64,000 nucleotides of DNA from Bugula neritina (GCA_964035545.1 OZ037770.1:4496662-4560661), one strand, 5' to 3'. Counted from the stretch's first letter, positions 1 to 14,731 are shown. Translations and numbers: made by a program. The notes: generated by a model from the sequence alone, not told the origin.

Positions 1-163
1 CAGTTATTCAGGATGTTGTCTCTCCTTAATCCAATCTTTTAGACTTGTCTTCAAAAAAGGTATAACTAAACACTGCTCAGAATCAAAACTAAACAAATTT
101 TTAAAATATACTGAGCTTGCTCTGATTACATTATGCATTTGGCTGCATTCAATCTTATTATAG

Positions 164-862
164 CATCAAAGAGACATCCTGAGTATGGATCTCCTATGAT
201 TAGAGCTCTAGTATCTTCAATCTACAAACATGCTTGTCACCGTGATCTCTACACCATCTTTCAGCAGGTAAGTTAAAAGCTCGAAAGTTTTTTTGCTATT
301 TTAACTTTTACGCCAGAAACTATTCCTCATCGTGGCATCGCCTCCATCTCCATGTGTTCAAACCATTATGTCAATTGAAAGAAACAATTTAAGTTGTTCT
401 GAGTACAAGAGAAAGTCATTCAATGCTTTACTTGTTTGAATTGTGGAGTTTACTCTCTGTTGTTACAGTTTCTTTAGAGTACTGGCTCAGTACTATATTG
501 ATAGTCTCTTTCTTTTTTTAATATGTTCTTGTAGTCTGCGCTAATAACTGGTTCACTTTATCAAATGACTTTACTGTAGCGGACAACTCCAAAAGTTTTA
601 CTACTCAGGATTGTTAAAGTAGGATACAATATTCTACCAGCTGGGAGTTGTACTTTATTACTTTTAGTAGTGAGTTTATGAACAGTCTTACTACTCATTA
701 CTTACTCTACAGGTACAGACTAAACTAGTGAAGAAACTCTATGCAGATGAAGATTCAGAGAGAAGCAGAAATTTGGTTGTAATCTGGAAGACTCTTCCTC
801 CCCGTAAAAGACTTTACTTGTTTCCAGGCTTTGATGGGTTTGGTGAAGAGGCCAAATTTTAA
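164..862 (+). CDS. Last two exons of a divergent caspase-like (peptidase C14, p10 subunit) gene; upstream exons lie outside the window
   Basis: Exon 164-267 (TAG acceptor, GTAAGT donor) reads SKRHPEYGSPMIRALVSSIYKHACHRDLYTIFQQ. Exon 713-862 reads VQTKLVKK...KTLPPRKRLYLFPGFDGFGEEAKF*. These match caspase p10 motifs SWR..GSWFI.AL and STL.KKLYLFPG. AATAAA at about 1436. The acceptor at 163 is the least certain boundary. Confidence 0.75.
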
Positions 863-1659
863 CTCAATACATGACTCTATTTGTAATTTGCACAACACTC
901 AGTTTATGTTTGACTAAAATTCCGTGACCATTAAACCTAAACAGATAGAGTGAGTTTGTGTGAATGTAATTTCTAGTGATTACTTGACAGTCAAATTATC
1001 TATCACAGATTTTTAACTTTTGTATCTTACTTTAAGTATAGAGCTATATACTTATAACATTTATTTTTGTAAACTGGCTTGTGATGTCATCTCATATTGA
1101 ATAATCATATTAGGCCTATACGGTATGCTGTCCTGTCATATTACAGTAGTTATATAATTAGCTCATTTGTGATTTTGTGTGTTCTGCCTATATAGGTTAC
1201 TATGCTATAATATTTAGTATAATGTGTTTACAGTTGATTTTATATCTTGTTAAACATTAACCATTCCTTCTTATATGCTTTTTACCTAACCAAATTTATT
1301 ATCATGTATAACTGGTGTGACACTAAGCACTGACTATGTTCTTTAATCCACATGTTCTAACTGCTATGCTAACAATATTATCATAATTGCAGTAGCTTGC
1401 TAGTATATATCGAAGTTTGCTTTTTATATTTTATCAATAAATTTATTCAAATATTTTATGTGAAAATTGTTTGTATGATTTCAAGTTCTGTAAAATTTCA
1501 CTTCAATAATCTGTGACTAAAGTAACGAGTCCATTATCTAAAAATAATATTCATGAAATCCTTCTTTTTTTATCTGCATCTGCAAACCAATCATTTCTCA
1601 AATAAGCAAATGAAATGATAACATCATTATTCATTAAATGCTATTCAGATATTTTGGGC

Positions 1660-4365
1660 AGATGGGGCTCAGTAGTCTGGGAGGTCAGCTTATCTAGGAG
1701 AAGAAAAACTCTGATTTCAAACCTTCGCTGTTTTGCGGCGATACTCAACCAAGGGAAAGGCTTGGGGTTAAAGCCCAAAAATAAATAAGGATTTGGAGCC
1801 CTGAAGGCATTTCGTAGTTATTTAAAACTTTGTTCTGGCAGCTTCTGCGACGACGCTGGTGCCCAACTGTGACAGCCCTGCTGTTCCTTTAGATCCGCCA
1901 GCGATGTGGAGAGGTGGGACATGCTATATGGGCAAGAACCTTTCCTTCATGTTATCAATGCCCAGGTATACACTCGCACAGCATCTCACTGGAGAGAACA
2001 CTCCATCTTCACTTTCTGTGTAGACACAAAATCAGGAGCAGCAGATACAGATTATTAGCTGTTTCTGTGGTGTAGAGGCAAAGCACCAGGAGTCACGTCT
2101 GTTGGTGGGAGAGGCTTTCAGATTTCATTGTACAGCTGCTGCCTGCCATAAGCTAGGCAGCTTCTAGCCAGTTACGTGCTCTTTCGCCACTGTCTTCTTT
2201 CCTCATTGAGTGCATGGGAAATAGGAGACAACTGAACAGCAAACTGCAACAAAATAATGAAAACTAAAAGACCAGCTCCTATATATATTGGAATGTTGGA
2301 GCGTCTGTACCATGCTCACCGGTCTATGCATTAATTTACAGGCGTCAGAGACACCTAAAAAAGTGCCATTATAAACAACAAATTTAATAGATTAGGCGTT
2401 GACATTACTACCAGTTCAAGAAACGTGGTTAGCTCGTTATGGCACTCTAAAATAAGCACTACTGGTTTTATGGTAGGGGCGGAGTTCTAATTAACCAAAA
2501 GTGTATACGGAGTTGGTTTTTCAGTGAGGGACAGCTTCTTTAATATGGTAGAGCCATGTATCAACAGCTTAGAGGGACATATGACATTTTGCCTCAACAC
2601 TACCAGTGGCCCTGTCAACCTTGACAGTGTATATGCTCCAACAATATCCGCCACACCAGATGACAAGGACACGTTCTATAAGAACCTCACAACCATCACC
2701 AGGACCATCTCCAGCACACAACAATTATTCCTACTGGAAGATTCCAACACCAGAGTGAGTGCTGATCATGACTCATGACTCCGTGCTGAAGACACTTTGG
2801 TGTCGGAAGATTGAATGATGATGGTCAGATATTGCTTGAACTCAGTGCCCTCTACAACTTGTGCATTACCAACACTTATTTCAAAGCCAAGCCACAACAT
2901 TTCCTAGAAACACCCACATTGCAACCAATCCCTATTAGACATAATGCCATCAGGAATGTTTTCCACACTCGCTCCTGTCACAGTGCAGACTGTGACACTG
3001 GCCACTTTCTTGCATGCTGCAAAATTAAGCTTCTACCAAAGCCGTTTTACCATACAAAAAACTAGGCACTCTCGCATACATATTACTAACAACTCATAAC
3101 CTGACCTTGTGCATCAATTTTCTGATGTTTTTTCAAAAACAATTCTTTCCTTCACAGCCTGGAAAATCTGCCACAGCAAAGTGATAGGCTCTGCAAAACT
3201 CAATGCGCATTGCAGCCTTGACCACTTTTGGTAAAATTAAGACTTCAAAGTCGCATGATTGGTTTGATGCAATGTCAACCAAGATGACACCGATCATTGA
3301 AGCTTACCATGCTGCCTTGACAGAATACAAACGATCACCTATTAGGACCAAAAACCTTTGTGTTCTGCGGGCTGCCAGGAGTAAAACTACACAGAGCGCT
3401 AGGCATTACGCCAATGAGTACTGGTCTGAGCTTAAGGAGGTATCCAAAATGCACCGCAACAGTTAACGTCAGAGCAATGTATGGTGGCATCATGCAAAAA
3501 AGTAATAAGACCAATCTAAAGCAAGACGGCTCCTCTTAAACTTTCCACTAGAGAAGTCATCACTGACAAAGGAAAGCAGATGGAGCGATGGGTAGAACAC
3601 TACACCAACCTACACTCTCACCAGAATGTAGTATCTTCCTCTGTTCTTGATGCCGTTGAATGTATGTCCACTATTGATGATTTTGATGACGAAACCACTG
3701 TGGATTACCTAATTATTATTGTCATTGAATGTTTGTCTTAGAGCAAGACACCTATGGCAGTAATGCACTATCTTTTGATTACATCAAGTGCTACAAAACT
3801 GATCTTTTGCATCCCCTGCATGTCAATGCTGAGAAGAAGGTGCTGTGCCACAAGACTTGAGAGATGCAAAATTTACAAGAATGAGGGAGACAAAAAGGTT
3901 TTAACACATAAAGAGGCATCTATCATACTACTCAGCATCATTGGCAAAGTATTTGCCAAAATCATTTTGGCTCGCCTACAGATACTACTGAACGGGTCTA
4001 CCCGAGTCGCAGTGTGGTTTCCGTGCCACAATTGACATGATCTTCTCTTTGCGACAGCTCCAGGAGAAGTGTAAAGAGCAAAGGATGCCTTTCCATGTTG
4101 CCTTTGTCAAATTAACAAAGGCTTTTGTTTTGGTCAACAGAAAAGGGTTGCTAAAAATCCTTCCAAAGATCGGCTGCTTTTCAAAGCTGCAAAGCATGAT
4201 AGATTCTTTTCACAATAAGATGAAGGGGACAGCAATATTTGACAGCAACCTTTCGGAACCCTCCGACATATGAAGGCTGCATTCTTGCACCAACACTATT
4301 TGGTGTCTTCTTTGCCACGCTCTTAAAGCGGGCTTTCAATAATACATCAGAAGGAATTTACCAAC
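1660..4365 (+). mobile_element. Degraded RTE-clade LINE (APE endonuclease plus partial RT), many stops and frameshifts
   Basis: ORF fragments VYAPT..DKDTFY, MNDDGQILLEL..NLCITNTYF, SADCDTGH, LLSIIGKVFAKIILARLQ, MIFSLRQLQEKCKEQRMP..AFV.LTKAF, GCILAPTLF are typical RTE ORF motifs. The 5' boundary is approximate. Confidence 0.85.
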
Positions 4366-4381
4366 AAGCTAAATTAAATAT

Positions 4382-4697
4382 TGTAGTGAATTTTGCCAGT
4401 TCACTATTATTATTTGTGGATCTACTTAATCAAAGCCACTGCGACAGGTTGTTTACGATAAGATACTTTATTATTTACACCAATATAAGAAGGTTATTTA
4501 CTGCTAGCATGAATAGAAAACGATTACATAATTAGTGAGCTTTAATACACAACTGTTCTAAATGAAGTCCCAAGCTGCTCTGCCGGCTAGCTACTCAGCG
4601 CACTGCAACTACGAGTAGCTAGCTCCACCTGCTATCAATTAAATGTCATTGTCCTGATTGGTGGCTACTAATGGTGCCACTACTGCCCATAGCTACA
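4382..4697 (-). mobile_element. LTR-like segment (isolated LTR or truncated Gypsy end)
   Basis: 316 bp bounded by TGTAG...CTACA, same size and termini as the LTR at 54765-55073. Left flank is ATAT. Carries GATTGG and TTTATT (CCAAT and polyA signal on the minus strand). No matching TSD on the right. Confidence 0.5.
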
Positions 4698-5219
4698 CTC
4701 CGACAGTGTCGAACTTACAAGATACATAAAACAACATAGAGTAAACCTTTTCGATTAATACCAGAATACTTGCACCACTAAAATCTACCACAATATTAAA
4801 CTTTTTAACTTTGCCTGACTCAGAGCCTCCAAAAAAGTTTTTCAAGTTGTCATCAAAGAGATGCTGGTTGCTCATGATGCTGCTTTGATATGAATAATTG
4901 CTTGCAATATAAGATTCAATGACTGTCGACATATGCCATGTGTTCTGTCGGTGAAACTTCAGGTTTAAGAGTTGTTTTCTCTCATAGCACTATAATTATT
5001 TATATATCAACTAACTAGTCTAAACTCTGTGGACATAAAATCGAATGAACAACTAATTGAGAATCATTCAACACTCTTTGTTTAAAATATTATAATGCTG
5101 CTCACTAACACAGACTAACATGCATGATTGAATAACTTTTTAACAGACATTGAGTGTTTTTTTAAACAATAAAAATCCTAGGTGATATAAATTAGCAAAT
5201 TGTTAAACCCCTCTTTCTA

Positions 5220-6289
5220 GACTTCTCTTCTGCATTCAATACTATATCTATTCTAGACCTCATTACGCAACTAACTCATCTTGACTCCAATGTTACTGAG
5301 TAGATTTACAGCTTTTTTTCAAACAGAGTACAGCGCACAATAGTGGATGGCATAACATCAAATCCAATCATAACTAACACAGGAACTCCCCAAGGGTGCT
5401 GTTTATCTCCACTATTGTTTTCTATCTACACTAATAGGATTACCTCAAGCCAGAGCAACATCACTGTAATCAAATATGCAGATGACACTTGCATTATTGG
5501 CTGCATTGGCAAACAGTCTGATCTAAATGTTTACTTTGACGAGATTGAAAGAATTTCTAAGCAATGTGATGATTTAAATCTATTAATAAATCTTAGCAAG
5601 ACTCAAGAAATGATGTTCTCAACCCAACGTGCTAAACCTCATGCCCCTACTCTTGTATTGAATGGAACAAACGTTGTATTGTCTGAAAAAGTGAGATATC
5701 TTGGTGTGTTAGTGGATCAGAATTTGAGATTTCATGAACATGTACAATCAGTAGTTATAACAGTATCAAGAAGAATGTATATTGTGAAGAATTTGCATAT
5801 CTTAGCTCTAAACCTCTAGCAAATATCTTATTCAAAAATTTCATCTTGTCCCGCATCGCCTATTGTCTACCTACTATTTTTACTTGTATCTATGCCAGTG
5901 ATAAAAAAGCCAATCGAAGGATTTTCAAGGATTGCTCAAAACCTCGGATTGAGTATCTAAACATTGATTTGCATATTCAGAAACTCACTAAAGAACTTAC
6001 CATCAAATATATAATAGACAATGACCATTTCATCAATAACTTTCTGAGTCAATGCCCTTCTGGAAGATATCGAACTATCAAATATAGAGGGGCATGGGGC
6101 AGAGATAGCTTCTTGCGACATCTTGTAAATACTTCAAACGAGCTTTTATTTTAAATAGCCCTACATATTTTTGACTTTTTTTCTTAATTCTGTTCATGCC
6201 TAGTTATGTTATAATCAGCATTTACACTGAATTTTTCATCCTGTTGTCATGTTTGTGATATGTAATAAATAAATAAATCAATCAATCAA
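5220..6289 (+). mobile_element. 5'-truncated non-LTR retrotransposon (RT C-terminal half plus 3' microsatellite tail)
   Basis: ORF 5343-5819 has GTPQGCCLSPLLFSIY, KYADD and YLGV, with a frameshifted continuation at 5846-6154. Ends in (TAAA)n(TCAA)n at about 6263-6289. Confidence 0.85.
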
Positions 6290-6922
6290 GGTATTCTGCA
6301 GTTATGATCAACTATGACGAAGCCTACAGTTGAACTTTATTCTATTTCCTGTATTGTTCATCTAGAACAGGCACATATGACACGCTATGGGACTGTGTTT
6401 AAGGTGGGCAAGTGGCCCTATGTCTTGATACAACTTACACCATCTTTAAACTCAATATACACTTATCTAGGTATAAGAATGCTTGATGAACAAACTGATG
6501 TAACGAACATTACCAGATATGAATCAAAACCAGATAGTTTATCTCTCCAGGTCTGTTAGTTTACCTTGTCTTCATGTTTGTAATGATTAGCTAAAGCATC
6601 ACTTCCAATATATAACTTTTTTATTTATCAAATATTATTAAACTTGCTTTAATGTCGATGATATTATATATATATATTTCAATGTATAATAATGTTTGTG
6701 AGAATTGGTGAAAAAATACATAACGTGCAACTTTCTTGTAAAAATATAAATAGTTATTGCAGACAAAAAATGAATCCTAGTGCATATAAAAAATATGTAT
6801 ATAGATCTTGTATATGCTTCGTATTTTCACAAATAATAATATTCTACACTATGTGTCCAATACCAAAATATGAACGTGGTCAAACAGTATCAGAGTATTC
6901 TAAGAAAAACATTCTTAACTTT

Positions 6923-9900
6923 TCACCCCATAATCCTGTATTTTAACTCAGAGTTGAGGAGTTGTCGTTCTTGTCTAGAGTTGGCTATCAGAGAGGAATT
7001 TTCATGAGAACGTCTTGACAGGTATGGCAAAGACTCGCTGATTGTACCAACAGCCACTGATTTATACACAGGATATCCCTTTTGACCTAAATACAACAGG
7101 ATATTGAGAATAAATATTTATTGACAAGCTTCTCGTATAGTTCGATGGAAATTGTCTTCTTTTTAAAGAATATTTTTCCAGAAATAGGTATATATAGGTG
7201 GCTGAGTATTATAGGTTTAGATAGTTTGAAGGAATTACTAACTACAGAGGAAGGTATGTTTAAACAGGTCAAGTTCCGTTGGATTTTGAATTTTTACTGA
7301 GTTTAAAACAGTGCGACTTTGAATTTTATTGCATGATTCTCATCTGCATTGAAGAGTTTAAAGTTGATTTGTAACTTAACAAATTTTCCGGGTTTATAGT
7401 CGCTAACCCTACAACAGTCCCAGATAGAAAAAGTAAACTACAATTTTCTCTTTTATGTTGTAAAAGAAAATTATGACTGAGTACCCTTCTTCAACTCACC
7501 AGTGGTCTTTGTATAAGATGGAACTGCTGTCTATATGCTTACTAAGCCTGTGCTTTAACCACTAGATCATGCTGCAATAGTTACACTTACCTAGAGTATA
7601 TGTTATGTGGTCACACATCCCATAAACATGAGCAAGGATCACTTTCCTGTCTTTACTCAAAATACCATAACTTCTCATTCTACATGAGAATAATAATACT
7701 AGCTATCTTGAGTTTATATAATATATTATGCGTGCACATGCAGATATAGTGTATATGAACATTGCGTCAGAGGAAGGTGGATTATGCAAAGTTGTTAGTA
7801 ATAAGACATTTGACCAGTTTCCACCACATGACCAGCTACAATTAAACTGGTAAAACTATATCTACCTTTGCACAGCCTGTTTGATGGAGTCTTGGTTATG
7901 AGAAGCGAGAACAAATCTGATTTGTCTCCCCTGGTTGCTGTTATCACGGATCTTCTGCAGTAGCCAGTTGGCTGTAGAGTTGTATGAGTTATGTGTAGCC
8001 TGTATTCCATCGTGTACAGGACAAGGATGATCTTGAATTTTAGCTTCATTTTCCTCAGCTACCATGTACGCGCCCCTTACCAACTTAGCTGAAATATCAA
8101 ACACACAGTTTTTAGAACCTCAGCCTTCTGTTATATGGACAGCAAGAAATCAAATAATTCTACATAATATACGTGTGAATCAGTCAAAAGGAAGTAAATA
8201 AACATTCCCAAGTGATTAAACAAATATAATATTGAACTATACCCATCTGTTGATAAAAAATTTAAAATTAACTGCATTTTGTCAAAGTTTATATTATGAA
8301 CAAGCTCATTTTAATATAAGTTAAGTGTTTTGTTTTTTTACAAGAGCCCACTATTGTAGAACCATTAGAGTACAATTGGATGCGTCAATAACTTTTAAAA
8401 GTCATTTTGAGTTATGCCAATCAGCCGAATAAAGGACATTGGAAGGTCACATGAATCCACAAAATAGAGTATAAACTGTAATAGATTATCTCAAATCAAT
8501 CTTTAATCTAATATACAATATGTTTGTGATTGTGAAGCAGAATTCCCTATCAATTATTTATGTGTTTGCTAGTTCAACCTATTGGGAATTTTAATTATTA
8601 TTTATATACTTGGGAGTTGCTCTCTTAAATTATGGTGAAGGCCAGAGTATAGACAACTCCGTATGCTAATCAGCTAATCAACTGGAAAACTGACTGACTC
8701 ACCCCCATAGTGAAGGTTATTCTTCTCGGCAAAATTGAATTCCCACTGCAAGGCCTCAAATGACTTCTACAATGTGCAAGAAACAACCAACATAGTGTGC
8801 ACACATGAAGACATCTTTGTAGAATAGGTTATACAATTACCAAAAATATATTTACATGGAGAAACAAAAACACATCTTCTGCGCATTGAGAACCAATTTG
8901 GATCAAGTTTAAATTTTTTATAGAAAAAATAATGAAAGAAAGACAACTTTTGTTTGATCTGTAAATCCACATTCTGAAACTTACTATCTGTAGCTAACAG
9001 CAGTCTAACCTTGAGGTAGCATTGTGTTGTGTTCCAAACAACAGCCTTAGTCTTATTACACACTAGACTGAGAGCCATGGCCAAAGCTGTGAGAGCCGGG
9101 TTCGTGTTGGTTTACTCAGGGTCTACCATCAACACGGTATCCGTGGCAGCTGCTTTCTGTCCCACTTCACTGAGCAGAATCAGCCCCGACAGCAATTCTG
9201 GGACGATGCCAGAAGCCCCAGGTGTCTCCGCTAGCCACCTCAGGGTGTCTACAGGTACAGCCTATGTGCTGTATAATGCAGTGAAAGTAGTTATGAATAT
9301 CTGGACAGTTTTTAGTTAATATTTGGATTATTTGAAATGAGTCAACAAACTTATCTAATATGACAAAACCCACAGAAGTTTAAAGTCCTTATCCTAGATG
9401 GCTGAGATATTTTAAAAGCTGACTAAAAACTTAAATTATTATGTAGCACAAGAGTAACAACACGTATGACCTTTACTGAGAATTGACCCTATTACCTTGG
9501 TGTTACTAAGTCAGAAATCTAACCCCTAAACCGCTGCTCCTTCCTAACATATTTATATGATAAGCAGAAGGTATAATGATATGCAGATTTGGTGAAGTCT
9601 ATATATAATTTTTTCAGACTGAGGTCCTTGAGCTTCACAATTGGCGCATTGAGTCTGCACTCCAAACCAAGACACATGATCACAGTATAGGAACATAGTT
9701 GTATGATAAGCAGAAGGTATAATAATATGCATATTTTGTGAAGTTTATAATTATTTTAAACTAATATCTTTGAGCTTTATACACGCAATTGGAACATTGA
9801 ATTTGAACTTCAAATCAAGACACATTATTACAGTATAAGGACTCAGGCTATTCTCATACAAGCCATAAACCTAACAGACTTTCACTTACAAAGATTACAG

Positions 9901-12900
9901 ACTATATCACCACGTCACACTATAATACTACAGGACTTGTATAATATAAGGAGTAAAATAAGGAGAAAAGAGTTAATGTGAACCAGTTACAACTCGCTTC
10001 AACCAAAACACTGGGATATGTAAATTCTTTGTCAATGATGGCTGTCACTGAGACATGACAATATAATAGCTCATGATAAGCTGACTGACAGCACAATAAA
10101 AAACTCATTACTTATGAATTATAACATTTATTTTGTAACAAATCTAAAATCTGCCAGCCTACACTGCAAATGCTCTTATATAATTGAGAGCTCTTCCCCC
10201 CTCCCCCTACACTATGCCCTTTGTATAACCCCCTTTTCCCCTTCCTACACCACTTACGCTCACTGCATAACCATCATTGCGTTATGTGAATAAATTGTTC
10301 ATTTGGTCAACATGCAGAAACAACTACTTTGAATGAAACCACAACCATAAGTTAATACAAACTACAAGCACAATTTAATCTGTTATCATAATGGCAGCCA
10401 AGCTTTTGATGTAGAATGTTCTGGAAATATAATGAATAAACTATGGGGTTGTTTAAATACACAATGGCGTTGTTTCCATGACAACAAAGTCCGTCTACAT
10501 TCACACTAAACATTACATTATTTTGATTGTTATTCTTAAACTTGTGCAAGTCTTGTAAGTTTATGTAAACTCATGTAATTCTTGATTGTTTTCTTTTCAA
10601 ATTCTCAAATATAATTCACACTTTCTATAAAGTGTATAAAGTGTATATATTTGCAGTTGAAATTGAAATTTATGATTTGTGGTTCAAAGTTTGGGTGCAG
10701 AGCAAAATTAGGTTACCGTTATAGTAATATAGGTGAAAACCAAAATATTATATAAAAAAGAACTACAGCCTTAAAAATGAATCAAAACCTAAATTATAGC
10801 CCAAGTCCTAACAGACTAAAAGAAATATCAGATGTTATACCAGGGTTGTGGGTGCGCATGTACTCAGCTGAACTATAAATAACTTTCTCTCTCACTTCAT
10901 CAGACAGTAGGGACAGGGACTTCTGTTCAAATACAATAATAATATATCTCATAAGTATATCAAGACATTTCTTTGAACAGATGTCTTAAATTATAATTAG
11001 ACAATTGAAATTTTTAATGCTTTCACAAACGTAACATACATATATTTTCTCAGGATAAATCTAATTCCGTTGAACTAAATGCCAAGTTTTACCAATTAAA
11101 ATACCGAAACCAGAACTCGTAGCTGAAACAACAAAGCAAGCAGTGAACTCACCAACAGGTGTGAAGTGAACATAGCAGAAATACGAGTTTGCATGTAGGA
11201 GCCATACGGAGTTATCTTTTCAGTAATACCTTCCATCATTTTGATAATGTTTTTAGCATTGCCATTAGCTTCCTGAACCCTTTAAAGCAATCTAATTCAA
11301 TTGCAAAACTTGAATGGAGCCAATAATTAAAAACTGAAAATGAAGTCATTTTTTTGTTCTTAGTTTGCAGTCACAGTTGTCGTTTTGATAAAGATACAAA
11401 ATATTGTTATTAAAAACTTTTTTAATAAAAAGATGCTGATGTATCACTAATGATAAAGTACATCATATGACATGTGTGGATCCCAAAAGTAACAGTTATA
11501 AGATAAAAGTCAAATATACTATGTGAAATTGAATATGTTATATAACATTTGCTGATACCTCATGACACATTGTCAAGCATACGGTATTGGGCTGCATGCA
11601 CTGCAAAAAGCTTCAATGTGAAGCTTGCTATGTTAATTATAATCAGCAAAGTACTGGATCAGATCACATCTCAAATCAAGTCATAGTTCAAGTCAATTAT
11701 GGCAATGCATGACTATAGTGTTGAATGAATTGAAAATACAATATAACCAATGAATAGCTCTATAACAGCATTTATCACAGTTTCTAAAATTCGTTTTGTA
11801 TTCATAGTACCAAAAACTCAAGCAACAAATAGTTCAAGTCTTTGCTATAAAGTTATTAAATACAATTTTATTGATTCCATATTCTATAAAACTATTGTCA
11901 CCACTAGGATCCGATCCCGCACTAACCATTACACCAAAATGTCTATTGGATAATCGCAATAATACGCACTTGCTGAAAACTTAACTCATTCCAGAAAATT
12001 TTTGAAGACAAGTTGCATATAGTCAACACTCTAACTAAGTCCACAGGTAAGTTGAATAAAATTAGCTTGAGTAAACTTTGAGAATTAGTAAGTTATTTAG
12101 CTGTCCCATGCATAAAGAAGGTAGACAACTTAAAAATAATTCTTAGGTATTTCATGAACTACACATTGCTACGCTTCGGGCCGTCATATACCAACCCCCT
12201 AATTTACTTGAAAGAGAAAAGAAACTTACTTGTCTATGGCCTCCATTACCATCAGAACAAATGTGCCACTGTTGGCTTTAGCCAGTTTATCAATATTATA
12301 TCTAACATCGGCTATAGTCACACCCCCAACAAACTGGTCATAGAACAAAGGTTTTACAACGGCAGAAGACAGTCTTTTACCCAGAATTCTCTGTGTCCTT
12401 TCAAATATCTGTAACAAAACAATTGCTGCTCAATACTCTACAAATATTTTCCAACTGAGAAATAATATATGTACAGAACTAACAATATTCTATAACATTG
12501 TTCCACCTTTATATTATGTCTGTTTAAATTACTGAGTGAAGCACATCACCAATTGATGTGATGGCAAAGGTAACTGATATTATTGACTTCGATAATATTG
12601 CTAAAGAATATTTTATTAACTTTTTTATTTACTTTGCTTTCTATAAAATTAGCCTACATAATAATTGGCAAATTTCCAAGTCTTACTGGTTAAAAGTTGT
12701 ATGCTCCTACCACTTATCACAATATTATATTGAGTTATAAGAAGCACACTAAGATGTAAGTTATAATAAACTGTCATATCACATTGTGCAATTTTACAAC
12801 TTCACTATAATAAGATAATGATGTGCAATATTATATAAAGTTGTGGTGTTTTGTAATACGATACCCTATATAATTTACATAATAAGTTTCAAAAGTAACG

Positions 12901-13185
12901 TAAAGCAAGCCTTAGTATGTAACACATAACCTCTGCCGAACTGCTGACGAATGTCCTGTTGGAACAGACTCTGAAGACTGTCAGAGCTCTCACAATCTCC
13001 CACAATGACTTCTCTTTGAAAGCTTGCTTGTGATCAGTGAAATCCAAATCTACAACTGGAGATGTCGCTGTATCTTCTGCAACCGTTTCTTGGTTGATTA
13101 AAACGGCCTTTTGCTGACGGGGCAAGACAGTTGATAAATATTTCTGCTGCCGAAAAGGTCGGGCAGAGAGTTTGAGAAAAGACAT
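6923..13185 (-). pseudogene. PRODH2: PRODH2-type hydroxyproline/proline dehydrogenase, 9 coding exons, with a premature TAA (pseudogene or null allele)
   Basis: Exons 13185-12931, 12408-12230, 11279-11153, 10922-10841, 9248-9010, 8766-8703, 8088-7866, 7679-7591, 7086-6923 are all GT-AG and phase-compatible. Motifs: FYDQFVGG, LMVDPE*TNTNPAL, WNTTQCYLK, GAKLVRGAYM, ASHN, GMCDH, VYKSV (Ser as in PRODH2), PYLSRRSHEN. In-frame TAA at 9114-9112. N-terminus resembles a mitochondrial targeting peptide. Confidence 0.85.
9555..9840. repeat. Diverged tandem duplication, about 146-bp unit x2, in a PRODH2 intron
   Basis: TATGATAAGCAGAAGGTATAAT..ATATGCA...CAAGACAC...CAGTATA occurs at about 9556 and again at about 9702. 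Confidence 0.7.
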
Positions 13186-14644
13186 TACTGGACAAGTCAA
13201 AATCTGAGTGCAAATTAAACTTGTTTTACAAAACAATGTGGTGGGAGAATCTAATGTCAGCTGTCAAGTGTGGTTACTGCAGAATGTGTTGTACTGTGAA
13301 CAGTAAACTTCTAACACTCAGTTTGATTGGCCTAACAGGAGTGTCTGGTCAGTTACTTACAACAAACCAGACACTGTGTAACATATTAATATAACACTGA
13401 AGTAAAGATTTACACTATAATCTAATTATAATATTATTTGCCTACATCAGTCTTGGTATATATAGCTCCCTTCCAAGGACTGCATTGTGCAAACGATTTT
13501 CTCATTGATGCATGGGGACAGTGTCTTTAAGGACACAAATCCATTCAAACGGTTCTATCAAATGAAAATGATGCGAAGCTGATTTATGTATCGATGCCCT
13601 TTAACCTTTTGGTGCGAAGCCTTTCAATCAAGTCGGATAAACTCTTTTGTCGCAGAGGCAGAGATCGGTAATCGTACTGGCTCTAGTTACATAGTTACAG
13701 GATGTAAGCAATAAAATTCTCCAACTACGACTAAAAACTAAAATGTTATTTCACAACCAATTTGAACAAATTATTTCGTGTATTTTAGCTGCCATTATTT
13801 CAAATAGTTATTTGTCACTGTGAATCTTCGTAATTTTTCTGTGATTGTAAAGAATTAAACTTCCAATGGCTAAAACAAGCCAACGGCTAGTTTGAAAGTA
13901 GGTTTCATTCTGAAAACATTTAGTAAGCCTTTATTTTATGCACCATGAAAAGTAAGGCATTCATTTGTTAAAACCTTTAAAATTTAAAAAAAGTTTGACG
14001 CAATGAATTTAATTTAGCAAAAACCAAGATAGAGTGAGTGGTGTAAAGTACCATGAAGTAGTAGCACTAACTCGATATTAGCCATATCTGTCGGCAATAT
14101 GCCGCTGCAGGAATGCATGTTTTGCTGGCCACATTAAATGGCTGAATAGTCTTAGAGCACATTATTTAGAAAAAAAGACATCTTCGCACAAATTGCCTGT
14201 AGCACTGTGTTCCTTTTATTCTGTATAACCCGGGCAGGAATATTTGTGAAAAGGTAGTTAGTGTGTTGTAAAAGCTTAATATAAATTATAAAGACAAAAT
14301 TTCATTGCAGCAACTTGGATATATGACTATGAAGTTATATGCACCTACATATTGACTGAAAAATTTATTTTTGTGTTTAGTGTTTTTATTAAATATCCAG
14401 GTTCAAAATAACCACTTTTGGAAATTCATGCTGTCTTTAAAACAATTACAACATAAATTTTTTGCATCAGTTTAGGATTGCTTGTTTTTAATCCTAAATG
14501 TTAGCTATATTCTAAAATTAGTGTCAGCATAATGGTGGTATCATCACTGCATGCAAGAAATGCTGTTTCATTAGGTTTTGTTTAATTTTGATATTTTATG
14601 CTATTATGTGATAAAAACTGTAAGTTTTAGTGCACCAACTGTGA

Positions 14645-14669
14645 GTACTATTACTACCACTGCTACTAG

Positions 14670-14731
<62 letters not shown>

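Noticed and set aside
9112-9114. Stop-codon reassignment (TAA read as Tyr)
   Set aside because: TAA terminates the caspase-like gene and no other intact host gene here has an internal TAA.
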